Translations under genes and position numbers: made by a program
In this document: positions 11,605 through 23,985 of the stretch, one piece after another
Layout: every line of letters starts with the position of its first letter
Numbering within the stretch: the stretch's first letter is position 1
NCBI RefSeq assembly: GCF_963921235.1
Contig: NC_086108.1
Coordinates: 92,630,001-92,694,000, forward strand
Length of the DNA stretch: 64,000 bases
Direction of reading: 5' to 3'
Origin: Mobula hypostoma
Taxonomy: Eukaryota
The notes under the pieces: model-generated
What the model saw: only the letters and a program-made list of their open reading frames with translations
Told to the model about the DNA's origin: nothing
The model's database searches: none

Positions 11605-13212
11605 GTACTAATGCAAGGCCTTGAACCAAAACATCGATTGACTATCCCTCTGCCTCTACAGATGATGAGTTCCTCCAGCAGAATACTTTTTAGCTCAACA
11701 CTACAGTGATACAGCCAAGTCCATCACGGGATAAGCCCTCCCCACCATTGAGCACATTTACAAGGACTGACACCACAAGAAAGTGGCATCTATCATCCAT
11801 CAGGCAGGAGGGACAGGAGCCTTAGGTCCCATACCACCAGATTCAAGAACAGTTATTACCCAACAACCATCAGACTCCTGATCCGGGGGGATAACTTCAC
11901 TCACTTCAACCCTGAACTGATTTCACATCCTCTAGACTCACCTTCAAGGAGTCTACAACTGATGTTCTTAGTATTTTTTTTATTTGCATGATTTGTCGTC
12001 TTTTGCACTTTGGTTGTTTGTCAGTCTTTGATTATGTGTAACTTTTCATAATCTCAGTTCCTGTTATGATCTGTTTCTGGTTACTCCTTTTTTGTTGCAG
12101 TTCTGTGCAAATTTGATCAGGGTGGACTGGCTTTGCAACCTGCAGTTAACGAACAACACAGCACTAAACTGAACTGACAGGAACTAAAGTGAACATTCCT
12201 AGACCGTTTCAATAACTTTGTGATCTGATGTTTTATAGTCTGTTTTTCAGTAGTTTTTGCCATTTCTGCGATTTGTTCTTTTTTTTGTGTGTGTTGGGTG
12301 CTTGATGTTTTCTTTGAACAGGTTCCGTGGTGTTGCTTTGCTTGTGGCTGTCTGTGGAAAGACAAATCTCAGAGTTATATACTACATGTATACTTTGATG
12401 ATAAATGTACTTTGAATCTTTGAATATGGTGATATAAACGTATTTTAATAATAAATTTACTTTTGACTTCCGTGCTTACTCCCTGCATCCCTTGTCCAGC
12501 AGTAGAAAACCTACCATCCTGCCTTAAAGAAGAGCAGGAAAAATAAACCAGGATTTCAAGTAGTTCATGTCTGAGCGAACCGAGAGTATATTTAACAGGA
12601 ACTGAACAATGACCATCCTGGATGAGAGGAATATGTTGAGGTCGGGCCAGGAAATACTTGGCATGAGTTGTGATGATGGGACATAGTGTCAAATAAACCA
12701 AGGTTGAACTTCATCCAGACCAGTCTTGTGAAACCTAATTCCTTTGGCAAGAGCCATTTCTGAATGAATTGTTACATTGGCACCACTGGGTTTCCCTTTG
12801 CTGTTTGGGTCAAACTTATTAGAAGAAAGAGTGATCGATATTCACAACACATTACCAGATGAGACAGGTGGTTCAGATGTATTTATTATTGGTATTGATA
12901 TTGATTTATTATTGTCACATGCTCCAAGATACAGTGAAAAGCTTGTCTTGCACACTGTTTATATAAATCAGGTCATTACACAGTGCACTGATGTAGAATA
13001 AGGTAAAACAATAACAACGTGCAATAAAGTGTAAAAGCTACCGAAACAGTGCAGTGCAGGTAAATGCTGATGTGCAAGGTTATAATGAGGTAGATTGTGA
13101 GGCCAAGAGTCCATTTTATTGAAAAAGAGGTCTGTTCTAGAGTCTGAGAGCAGTATTATATTAAAGAAGCAATTACATAGCTACTTAAGTGGACATGGCA
13201 TGGAAGGCCAGG

Positions 13213-14175
13213 GTCATAGTCATACTTTATTGATCCCGAGGGAAATTGGTTTTCGTTGCAGTTGCACCATAAATAATTAAATAGTAATAAAACCATAAAT
13301 AATTAAATAGTAATATGTGAATTATGCCAGGAAATAAGTCCAGGACCAGCCTATCGGCTCAGGGTGTCTGACCCTCCAAGGGAGGAGTTGTAAAGTTTTA
13401 TGGCCACAGGCAGGAATGACTTCCTATGACGCTCTGTGTTGCATCTCGGTGGAATGAGTCTCTGGCTGAATGTACTCCTGTGCCCAACCAGTGCATTATG
13501 TAGTGGATGGGAGACATTGTCCAAGGTGGCATGCAACTTGGACAGCATCCTCTTTTCAGACACCACCGTCAGAGAGTCCACTTCCATCCCCACAACATCA
13601 CTGGCCTTACTAATGAGTTTGTTGATCTTGTTGGTGTCTGCCACCCTCAGCCTGCCGCCCCAGCACACAACAGCAAACATGATAGCACTGGCCACCACAG
13701 ACTCGTAGAACATCCTCAGCAGCGTCCGGCAGATGTTAAAGGACCTCAGTCTCCTCAGGAAATAGAGACGGCTCTGACCCTTCTTGTAGACAGCCTCAGT
13801 GTTCTTTGACCAGTCCAGTTTATTGTCAATTCGTATCCCCAGGTATTTGTAATCCTCCACCATGTCCACATTGACCCCCTGGATGGAAACAGGGATCACC
13901 GGTACCTTAGTTCTCCTCAGGTCTACCACCAGCTCCCTGGTCTTTCTCACATTAAGCTGCAGATAATTCTGCTCACACCTTGTGACAAAGTTTCCTACCG
14001 TAGCCCTGTACTCAGCCTCATCTCCCTTGCTGATACATCCATCTATGGCAGAGTCATCAGAAAATTTCTGAAGATGACAAGACTCTGTGCAGTAGTTGAA
14101 GTCCGAGGTGTAAATGGTGAAGAGAAAGGGAGACAAGACAGTCCCCTGTGGAGCCCCAGTGCTGCTGATCACTCT
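13213..14175 (-). mobile_element. Relatively young 5'-truncated Rex1/Babar LINE with open RT C-terminal ORF
   Basis: ORF 13351..14190, 279 aa: TGAPQGTVLSPFLFTIYTSD...LQKFSDDSAI...YKYLG...RLYFLRRLRSF; aataaa and (gactat) tail. Confidence 0.9.
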
Positions 14176-14274
14176 GTCCAAATGGGACAAGTGGGATCAG
14201 TGTCGATGGGCAAAAAGAATGGCAAGGATGTGGTGGGCCGAAGAGCCTGTTTTCGTGCTTTACAACTCTGTGGC

Positions 14275-14480
14275 TATTACAACACCAGTGACCCAGTTCA
14301 ATTCCCGCTACTGTCAGTAGGGAGTTTGCATGTTGTGCCTGTGGCCACATGGGTCGCCTCCGGGTGCTCCTATTTCCTCACACATTCCAAAAATGTGCAG
14401 GTTAATAGGTTAGTTGGTCACACGACTATAATTGGGCAGTACAGGGTTTTTTTTAGGCCAGAAGGGCCTGTTACCCTGTT
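14275..14480 (+). mobile_element. tRNA-derived V-SINE/HE1-like SINE
   Basis: B-box-like gttcaattccc followed by ggagtttgcatgtt...ctccgggtgctcc...ttccaaaaatgtgcaggtt; related copies near 3780-3960, 27530-27640, 31120-31325 and 49560-49710. Confidence 0.65.
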
Positions 14481-14526
14481 TTTAATGCAGCAGCTATACA
14501 ATGCATTACCTACAATTACTATAATA

Positions 14527-14588
14527 CAGTGCAAAGGTCTTAGGCACTCTAGCTGTATATATGTGCCTAAGACTTTTGCACAGTACTG
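14527..14588. mobile_element. 62-bp Tc1/mariner-type micro-MITE
   Basis: Inverted repeat gtgcaaaggtcttaggcac / gtgcctaagacttttgcac, CAGT...ACTG ends, TA flanks. Confidence 0.7.
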
Positions 14589-15410
14589 TACTTTAGATCT
14601 CCCTCTGAAATTGGCAGCAAAGTACAAATTATAAAAATCCTTGCAAACCAATTGGCATGATAACACAATGCTTGCCCTGTCACCATTTTTTGTAAAGTAC
14701 ATCGAAGCCATAGTAATTGTTCTTTTTGATTGTACATCCACAAAGGAAAGGTTAGGTGGACTTTGCACTTTCCATTTTCTCTGGCCTACACAAACAACAA
14801 GACAATGGAGCCCACACCGTTGCATGAAGCAGACTTCCGTTTTAATATCGGGTGATAAAAAGAAGGGCAAAAGCTGCTGGAGAAACTCTTCTACCTCCAG
14901 TACCTTGTTTGTGTCTCCAGAATCCAGCATCTGCAGTCCATTGTGTCTAACTTTTAAATGGATTCTCAAACGTGAATCAGTTTTGAAACTAGGGCAGCCC
15001 TTGAGAATCTAAATGAATAGTTTGCGCACCTTTCAGATCAAAGGATTTACATGAGAGTCAAGAGGTTTCAGGTTCAAATTACCCCCAGACACACAACTTG
15101 GGCTGCTGCTGCAGGTTAACACAGAGGAAGCTACACTGTAGAAATGTTTTCTCTCAAATAAGGCATTTACTGCAGGTTTCCTCTTAGCTTCTTAGATGGA
15201 ACAGATTATCTGATCGTTACCCACTGACGTTTATAGAAGCTTGCTGTTTGCACATTGTCTTTAATATTTTCAATATTACAACAAGACAATGTTTCAAAAT
15301 GTCTAGATATTGTTCTTGTATGTCCAGAGGTATTAAAGCAAGAGGATTTACATGAACACAGAATATTCTGCAGATGCTGAAAACCACACACAAATGCTGA
15401 AGGAGCTGAG

Positions 15411-15576
15411 ACGAGGAAATCTACAGATACTGGAATTTCAAGCAACACACTTAAAAGTTGCTGGTGAATGCAGCAGGCCAAGCAGCATCTCTAGGAAGAG
15501 GGACAGTCGCCGTTTCAGGCCGAGACCCTTCGTCAGGGCATGAAGGGTCTCGGCCCGAAACGTCGACTATGTGTGT
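15411..15576 (-). mobile_element. Miniature fold-back PLE insertion (~165 bp) with two opposed, damaged hammerhead motifs
   Basis: Tailed minus arm 15411-15537, plus arm 15540-15576 ending gtgtgttgct; direct repeat TGCTGAAGGAG at 15395-15405 and 15577-15587. Confidence 0.75.
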
Positions 15577-16838
15577 TGCTGAAGGAGGTAGACAGCGTCT
15601 ATGGAAGGGAATAAAGAGTCGACATTTCGGGCCGAGACCCTTCATCACGACTGGAAAGGAATGGGGAAGGAGGGCATGCTAGAAGTTGGAAGGTGGAGCC
15701 AGGTGTGTGGGGGAGGGGGAATGAAGTAAGAAGCATGGAGGTGATAGGTGGAAAAGGTCAAAGGCTGGAGAAGAAGGAAGCTGATAGGAGAGGAAAGTAG
15801 ATCATGGAAGAAAGGGGAGGAGGAGGGGCATCATGGGGAGGTGATACGCAGGTGAGGAGTTTAGAAGAGGTAAGAGGGGAGCCAGAGTGGGGAATTGTAG
15901 CAGAGGCGATGGGGGGGGGGGTGAAATTACCTGAAAATTGAGAAATTGATGTTCATGCCAGAAGTTACCCAGATGGAATATGAAGTGTTGCTCCTCCAAC
16001 CTCTGAGAGTGGCCTCATCATGGCAGTAGAGGAGGCCATGGACTGACATGTTGGAATAGGGATTAAAAATAAAATGTTTGGCTACTGGGAAATCCTGCTT
16101 TTTGCAGATAGAGTGAAGGTGCTTTACAAGTGGTCCCCCATCTATATTAGGTCTCACCAGTGCAGAGGAGGCCACATCAGGAGCACTGGATACAGTACAT
16201 GGCCCCAACAGATGACCCCACTCAGGATCAATAGGACATTGACTCCCACACCATAAGTTCCTCATCTCTACAAATCTGAATGTCCAGGTAGGCCCATTGT
16301 TTCTGTCTGCTCCTGCCCCACTGAACTGCATACTGTGACTCCATTTTTTCCCCCTTGGTTCAGTCTCTTTCCACCTATGTTCACAAAACTTCACTTGCTC
16401 TCAATCTCCTCAGCAACTTTTAATTCCCGGGCCCTGGCCATCTCCATGGATGCACAGTCCCTATACACTTCTGTCCCCCTAACAAGAAGACCTTAAATTT
16501 CTCTGTTTCTTTCTCAACAACAGACCCGACTGGTTTCCTTCCACCCCCGGCTTCTTCTGTTTGGCAGAACCGGACCTTGTCCTCAACAACTTCTTCGGCT
16601 CCTCCCACTTTCTCCAAACTCAAGGTGTAGTATTGGGCACCTGCATGAGCCCCAGCTATGCCAGCCTTTTTGTTGGCTGTGTGGAACAATCTGTGTTCCA
16701 AGCCTTCCCTAGTAATGCTCCCCAACTGTTTCTGCACTACATCAGTGCTGAGCTCATCAATTTCATCCAACTTTGCCTCCAGCCGCCACCGTGTCCTTAA
16801 ATTCATTTGGTCCATTTCTGACACACCTCTCCCTTTCT

Positions 16839-18158
16839 ACTATAAGCCTACTGACTCTCACAGCTATCTGGATTATTCCTCTTCTCACCCTGTCTCTTGC
16901 AAAAATGACATCCCCTTCTCGCAATCCCTCCGTCTCTGCCGCATCTGCTCTCAGGATGAGGCTTTTCATTCCAGGACGAGGGAGATGTCCTTTTTTAAAG
17001 AAAGGGGCTTCCCTTCCTCCACCATCAACTCCGCTCTCAAACGCATCTCCCCCATTTCACGCACATCTGCTGTCACTCCATCCTCCTTGTCACCCCACTA
17101 GGAATAGGGTTCCCCTGGTCCTCACCTACCACCCCAGCAGCCTCCGGGTCCAACATATTATTCTCCGTAACTTCCGCCACCTCCAAGCACCACTAAGCGC
17201 ATCTTTCCCTCTCCCCCTCTCTGCTTTCCGCAGGGATCGCTCCCTACGCGACTTCTTTGTCCATTCGTCCCCCCCATCCCTCCCCACCGATCTCCCTCCT
17301 GGCACTTATCCTTGTGAGCGGAACAATTGCTACACATGCCCTTACACTTCCTCTCTTACCACCATTCAGAGCCCTAGACAGTCCTTCCAGGTGAGGCGAC
17401 ACTTCACCTGTGAGTCGGCTGGGGTGATATACTGCGTCCGGTGCTCCCGATGTGGCCTTCTATATATTGGTGAGACCCGACGCAGACTGGGAGATCGTTT
17501 TGCTGAACACCTACGCTCTGTCCACCAGAGAAAGCAGGATCTTCTAGTGGCCACACATTTTAATCCCACATCCCATTCCCATTCTGATATGTCTATCCAC
17601 GGCCTCCTCTACTGTAAAGATGAAACCACACTCAGGCTGGAGGAACAACACCTTATATTCCGTCTGGGTAGCCTCCAACCTGGTGGCATGAACATTGACT
17701 TCTCTAACTTCCGCTAATGCCCCACCTCCCCTTCGTACCCCATCTGTTATTTATTTTTATACACACATTCTTTCTCTCTCTCTCCTTTTTCTCCCTCTGT
17801 CCCTCTGACTATACCCCTTGCCCATCCTCTGGGTTTTTCCCCCTCTCCCCCTTTTCCTTCTCCCTGGGCCTTCTGTCCCATGATCCTCTCGTATCCCCTT
17901 TTGCCTATCACCTGTCCAGCTCTTGGCTCCATCCCTCCCCCTCCTGTCTTCTCCTATCATTTTGGATCTCCCCCTCCCCCTCCCACTTTCAAATCTCTTA
18001 CTAGCTCTTCTTTCAGTTAGTCCTGACGAAGGGTCTTGGCCTGAAACGTCGACTGTACCTCTTCCTAGAGATGCTGCCTGGCCTGCTGCATTCACCAGCA
18101 AATTTGATGTGATGTGTGTTGTTTGAATCTCCAGCATCTGCAGAATTCCTCGTGTTTA
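16839..18158 (+). mobile_element. Young 5'-truncated PLE (thumb, Cys linker, GIY-YIG, pLTR), subfamily A
   Basis: ORF 16773..17717 ends YPCERNNCYTC...GVIYCVRCSRCGLLYIGETRRRLGDRFAEH; TSD CCCTTTCT at 16831-16838 and 18159-18166. Confidence 0.9.
18019..18054 (+). ncRNA. Minimal hammerhead ribozyme motif
   Basis: agtc-CTGACGA-agggtcttggcct-GAAA-cgTC-gact. Confidence 0.72.
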
Positions 18159-19349
18159 CCCTTTCTCCATCTCTGTTTCCATTCCTAGACACAAACTGTC
18201 TACTGATATCTTTTATAAACCTACTGACTCCCATAGCTGACTTGACTATACCTCTGTCCACCCTGTCTCTGAAAATGCAGTTCCCTTTACTCAGTTCCTT
18301 TGTCTCTGCCACATCTGTTCCCAGGATGAGGCTCTCTTTTCCAGGACATCAGAGATGTCCTCCTTCTTCAAAGAAAGGGATTTTCCTTCCACCACCATTG
18401 ATGCTGCCTTCATCCACATCTCCTCCATTTCCAGGGTATCTGACCTCACTCCATCTTCTCTCCACCTTAACAGGAAGAGTTCCTCTTATCCTCACCTACC
18501 ACCCCTCTGAGCCTCCGCATGCGGCACATCATTCTCCTCAACTTTCACCATTTTCACTATCTTTGCCTCTCCCACTCTCTTTTTTCCCTAGGGATGTCTC
18601 CCTTGTGATTCCCTTGTCCATTCATCCCTCCTCACTAATCGTATTGCTGGCATTTATCCCTGCAAGTAGCAGATGTACTTTCAGCGCCTCAAACAGGTAA
18701 AGCAACATTTCAGGTACAAATCTGTTGGGGTCATCTACTGTATCCGGTGCTCCCAAAGGCGACAGAGCCCAGAGCCCAGACAAAAGGGTTGCTCTGCTAC
18801 TCTTACTGAGGAAAGCCAGACACGTGGAACCTTGGGAAAAGGGAAAGAAAATGAAACTGAGCTTTTCATAGTTTGTGAGGTAAAATCCAGCATCGATTTT
18901 GTGGGTGTGGAGCAACTGTGCGTGGTGGGTGGGGAGCCATCTGAGGTGGTTGAAGAGAATGGAGTAAGATGACAATTTCACTGGCACAAGGGTTTGGAAT
19001 TAATAAATTAATCTTTTGTCTCTTCATATTGACAGTGAAAAGATGTGTCATTGAGGATGGGGATTTAATTTCAGCACATGACTTCATCTAACACGCTATT
19101 GAAATCAGATCATCCTTTGGCACTATGGCGCCTATCATGCACAGTGCTTGTGGAATTTAACAGTGCTTTCCTTGGCCAGTGATTCATTAGCTGCATTAGA
19201 TCATCACCCAAGATCAACTGTGCGTTTGAGAGTCTGGGGTCAAGGACTGGAGGCCTGGAAGCGGAGGAGGGGCTGGAGGCCTGTGTGTGTGAAGGGTGGG
19301 AGGGTGGGAATGGCGCTTGTTTTGTTGTTGTCTTGCTTTGTTCTGTTAT

Positions 19350-20240
19350 TCAAAGTTCAATGTAAATTTATTATCAAAATACCTACTGAATGTCACTATA
19401 TTAACCCCTGAAATTCATTTTCTTGCAGGCATAATTAATAAATTCAATAACCATAATAGAATCAAAGAAAGACCAAACCAACTGGGTGTTCAACCAGTGT
19501 GTGAAAGACAACAAAATGTGAAAATATAAAAAGAAATAATAATAGTAAATAAGCAATAAATATTAAGCATATGAGATGAAGAGTTCTTGAAATTGAGTCC
19601 ATTGATTGTGGGGGACATTTCAATGATGGGGCAAGTTGAGTGAAGCAAGAGCCCGATGGTTGTGGGGTGGGACGTTCTTCTTGAACCTGGTGGCTTGAGT
19701 CCTGAGGCTCTTGTACCTTCTTTCTGATGGCAGCAGCGAGAAGACAGCATGACCCGTGCGGTGGGGGTCCCCGATGATGGACGCTGCTTTCCTGCGACAA
19801 CGCTCCACGTAAATGCGTTCAATGGTTGGGATGGCTTTACCTCTTTTGGACTGGGCCATATCCTCTATTCTTTGTAGGATTTTCCGTTCAAGGGCATTGG
19901 TGTTTCCATACCAAGCTGTGATGGAGCCAGTCAGTATACTTCCCACCACACATCTATAGAAGTTTGTCAAAGGTTTAGATGTCATGCAGAATCTTTGCAG
20001 ACCCTAATGGAAGTAGAGGCACTGCTTTCTTCATAATTGCATTTACGTGCTGGGCCCAGGACATATCCTCTGATAGGACAGCACAGGAATTTAAAGTTGC
20101 TGACTTTTTCCACCTCTGATTTCCCCCAATAAGGACTGGCTCATGGACCTCTGGTTTCCTCCTGCTGAAGTCAATAACCAGCTCCTTGGTCTTGCTGGCA
20201 TTGGGGAAGAGGTTATTGTTGTGGCACCACTCAGCCAGAG
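19350..20240 (-). mobile_element. Rex1/Babar-like LINE 3' fragment
   Basis: ORFs 19975..20268 (WCHNNNL...SKTKELVIDF) and 19620..19985 (NFYRCVVGSILTGSITAWYGN...LLPSERRY); (tttgaac)-type tail. Confidence 0.8.
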
Positions 20241-21189
20241 GTAGTGAATCTGTGAAATTCATTGCCATAGATGGCTGTGGAGGCCAGGTTATTGGGTGTA
20301 TTTAAAGCTGTGGTAGATGGATTCTTGATCAGTAAGGGTGTCCAAGGTTATGGGGAGAAGGCAGGAGAATTGGATTGATAGGGATAATAAACCAGCCATG
20401 GTGGAATGGCGGAGCAGACTTGGTGGGCCAAATTCTACTCCTACCTACTCTGCATGGTCTTGTTTTGTCTGTATTTGCTTGCATTATGCCCTTATCCTTC
20501 TTTGCTTTGCCTACGTGAGGGGAGCTGGTTTGGCTACAGTTGTATGCAGCTGGCGGCTTTCAAGGACTTTGCTAGGCGTGAGTGGTTCCCCCACTTAAGT
20601 GGACTTTCAACCCATTATAAGAGTCAGGCTGAGTTTAACTTTTCTAGACATCCACTTATATGAACTTTGCATCTGATATCATAGGACCGGGAGTCCTGGA
20701 AAAGGAAGTGTCTTTCCTAAAGCTCCCTCAGACCAGGGATTGAAGCATATGCCCTTGTGGCCTGTATGACTCAGTATCACATTATCATGGTGGATCTAAT
20801 CATCTCAGTACAGCTGTCTGATAAAACTATACTCATCACATTTTGGCGTAGGATCTACAGATGGATATTTTGAACATTTTTTAGAAATCAGTGTTTCTCA
20901 CGCTCTGTGATGTCCATATTCTCTTCTTAGCCAAGCCCCCTTCCCCTGCAAGACACCTCTTCCTCTGTCTGTGACATGAGCCCTCTTGCCCTTCGTCTAG
21001 CTCTTACCCTCTTCCCTTCTTCCTCTCTCCCTCTCTATCCCCTCCTCAGGGGTATTTCCGAAACTATGCTTTGACCAGACTAAGACAGCAAGACCTTACA
21101 TCCAGTGTTAAAATGGGAGCAAGCTTAATGATGTTGCTTGTCTGGTGATCTCTCAAATCACGCAAGTGTCCCCTTGTGTTTCCTTGCAG

Positions 21190-21420
21190 GTTCTGTGTAA
21201 CGGACCAGGGACGTGTGTGCCTCCCTGTATATCTGCCCTGTTGCTCGGAATATTTGGAATGAAGAAGGTGCTGATCCTCTACGTCGAGAGCATCTGCCGT
21301 GTGGAAACGTTGTCCCTTTCTGGGAAGATATTGTACTGTCTGTCAGATTACTTTTTCGTCCAGTGGCCCACGCTGCAGAAGAAGTACCCTAAGGCAGTGT
21401 TCCTTGGTCGACTGGTTTGA
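21190..21420 (+). CDS. ALG14: Terminal coding exon of UDP-N-acetylglucosamine transferase subunit ALG14
   Basis: Polypyrimidine acceptor ttgtgtttccttgcag|G (phase 0), then VLCNGPGTCVPPCISALLLGIFGMKKVLILYVESICRVETLSLSGKILYCLSDYFFVQWPTLQKKYPKAVFLGRLV-stop, matching the vertebrate ALG14 C-terminus (NGPGTC, YVESICRV, VQWP motifs). Upstream exons were not found in the window. Confidence 0.95.
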   Translation, partial: VLCNGPGTCVPPCISALLLGIFGMKKVLILYVESICRVETLSLSGKILYCLSDYFFVQWPTLQKKYPKAVFLGRLV

Positions 21421-21497
21421 ACATAGTTTTGGAGACGGGGACACTGATAGTAGAGATAATGTTTGCTTGCAGATGCCAGGAAGCAGCTGCAGTGCAG

Positions 21498-21747
21498 AAT
21501 AAATCACGCTCCATACTCTGTAGGGAGGAGAACTTGCACTGAAAAGTTTGGTGTGAATTTATGATTTTGTGGACTTATTCACTAGATTGACATATACAGT
21601 CTCAAGATTGTTACCAGGCCAGAGAACAAAGTGTTAGCTATGAACATCAGAGTGTGAAGGAGTCAGCGTCCAAATAAACAATCTTACAACATTCTAAACG
21701 CTAATAGATTCCTTTGTTACTCCCACTATTTAGGATTACAAAATAAA
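21498..21747 (+). terminator. Candidate ALG14 polyadenylation signals
   Basis: AATAAA at 21498-21503, 21673-21678 and 21742-21747 downstream of the stop codon; which is used cannot be determined. Confidence 0.45.
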
Positions 21748-23569
21748 CAGTATGTTTGTCATTGCACCCTTTCATTATAAAAGTTTATCTATGCATGAAT
21801 CGCCCATTCTCTTACCCCCATAAATTTTGCTGGCTCATGTCATGTATTTAGTGATAGTTAAAGCCTTTTTCACCTTACGAGACCAACAATTTTAATGGAT
21901 CTACACCAACTAATCTTCGAACAGTTCACTACAGTCCATGACTACAAATCAACATAACAAAGAAAAATGCAGAGTATATTGTGTAATTGTTCGCCCCACT
22001 CCACTTGCCCATCACCCACGCACTCCTCCACTCCTCCCAGCCCATTTCCATCAGTCCTCCCTACCTCTCTTATTTCGTTCCACGCACCACCTTCCTTTCC
22101 TGTCAGATTCCATCATCTGCAGCCCTCTCTTGCCTCCACCTGCCATCTCCCAGCCTCTATCGTTCTCTCCTCCATCTGCCAATCACTCCTCCTCACCTGT
22201 GTCCACCTCTCACTCCCCAGGGCATGTCTCACTTTTCTCCTTTCCCTCTTTATACTGCCTACTTCCACTCTTATCTGTTTAGCTGAACTCTCAAGACTCT
22301 CAATCCAAAATGTTAACTGTCCATTTCCCTCCACATATGCTTCCTTGCCCACTGAGTTGATTGCATTTTTCTCAGATTTAATATTGTACTTTTCTTGATT
22401 CATATTAGCCCTTTGCAAGAATGAGTGTTGAAACTATATTCATTGCATCTCGAAAATAGCAGGTAAGCACTTCAAAGAAGATGCACACTCCATTAGTCAC
22501 TCCAAACGTTCATTCCCTCCATCACTGACAAACAGCAGCTACGGTGTGTGCCATCTTCAAAATGCATCGCAGTTACTGAATCAACAGCATCTCTCAGGCC
22601 CTTTTACCATCAAGAAGGACAAAACCACCAGGTGCAGTGAAGTACGGCCACCTGCAGACTCCCCTGACGTTGTGCGGTGTCCTTACTTGGAAATGTATTG
22701 CTGTTCTTCCATAATTGTCGGATCTAAACCCTGGATCCCCCTTCTCAATGGCACTGTGGAAATACCTTCAGCAGAGGGACTGCAGCAGCTGGAAACATCT
22801 CCTTCTCAGGGCAGTTAGAGATGAGCAATAAATACTGCCCTTACATGCAATGCCTATAGTACCTAAAAATGAATAAAGAATTTTTTTTTAAGTAAAATCA
22901 GATCTAAAATCTGGGATTTGCTCCCAATGTCCTGCACAGGAGTCAGTTAAAAAGTCTGCCTTAAACTTGGCAGAGATTCAATGTGTACAGAATGCAATAA
23001 TAACTCATGGGCATCAGCCAGTTTCTTCGCTTTCAGTGTTGCTGGGTTATGGTAATTATATTCAAAATGAATTAATGTGCAGATTCCTATCCTGACCTCA
23101 ATGTGTCATGTTTATTCTATGTGAAATGTAAATGCTATTTATCTGCGTTATGAACAGACACCAACTCAGATTGGAGTTTAAAGAGTCTTTGAGGAAACTT
23201 CACAAAAACAGATTTGTCCTGCAGACCTCAATTCATGCAGGCTACAGCTGGGAGCTACAAATCACTTCCGGGATTAAAAGAGGAATCTATTTGTATTTAT
23301 GCTACTGTACTCATGGATGGACTCGCTTCAATTTCATTAAGCTTCTTAAACGTCCACTTCACTAACAAGGGCCAAGAGGGAAAAAAAAACTGCAATTTGA
23401 GATGGTGAATCAAAATCGACTGAGTTGAAGAATAGCAAGAAGCTTTGCTAAAGCATTGACCATTCATTATAATGTGCTAAACAGAAAATTAAGAAGAAAA
23501 AATGTTATCATTCGATATTGCAGGGAAGTGCAAAAGGTCTGCAGATGGAATTGGAGCAGCATGGCAGTG

Positions 23570-23985
23570 TTGCTCCCCTTCTTACCCCTTTCCTTCTTCT
23601 CTTCCCCCTTCTTACCCCTTCTCCTTTTACCCCTCTTACCTCTTCTCCTCACCTGCCCATCACCTCCCACTGATGCCCCTCCTCCTTCCCTTTCTCCCAT
23701 GGTCACTCTCTTCTCCTATCAGATTCTTCCTTCTACAGCCCTTTACCCCTTCCACCTATCACCTCCCAGCTCCTCATGTCATGCCTCCTCCTCTTACCCC
23801 CCTTACCTGGTCTTAATTAACATCTACCAACTTGTACTCCTCCCCCCCCCCACCTTATTCTGGCTTCATCGCTCTTCCTTTCCAGTCCTAATGAAGGGTC
23901 TGGGCCTGAAACGTCAACTACTTATTCCCCTCCATTGATGCTATTTGACCTGCTGAATTCCTTCACCATTTTATGTGTGTTGCTT
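23570..23985 (+). mobile_element. Old PLE pLTR remnant with mutated hammerhead (23884-23919)
   Basis: Pyrimidine-rich pLTR, agtc-ctaatga-agggtctgggcct-gaaa-cgtc, ends gtgtgttgct. Confidence 0.7.

Larger units (their letters stand above)
15355..18750. mobile_element. Older inverted PLE (minus arm ~15355-16230, plus arm ~16240-18750) containing two younger PLE insertions
   Basis: Degenerate RT (NNFFGSSHFLQTQGVVLGTCMSPSYASLFVG) and GIY-YIG (SVGVIYCIRCS; EEQHFIFHLG) remnants in both orientations. Confidence 0.75.

Noticed and set aside
14418..15012. Overlapping 183-aa and 123-aa ORFs
   Set aside because: They span SINE, MITE and PLE-tail remnants and show no recognisable domain or splice structure
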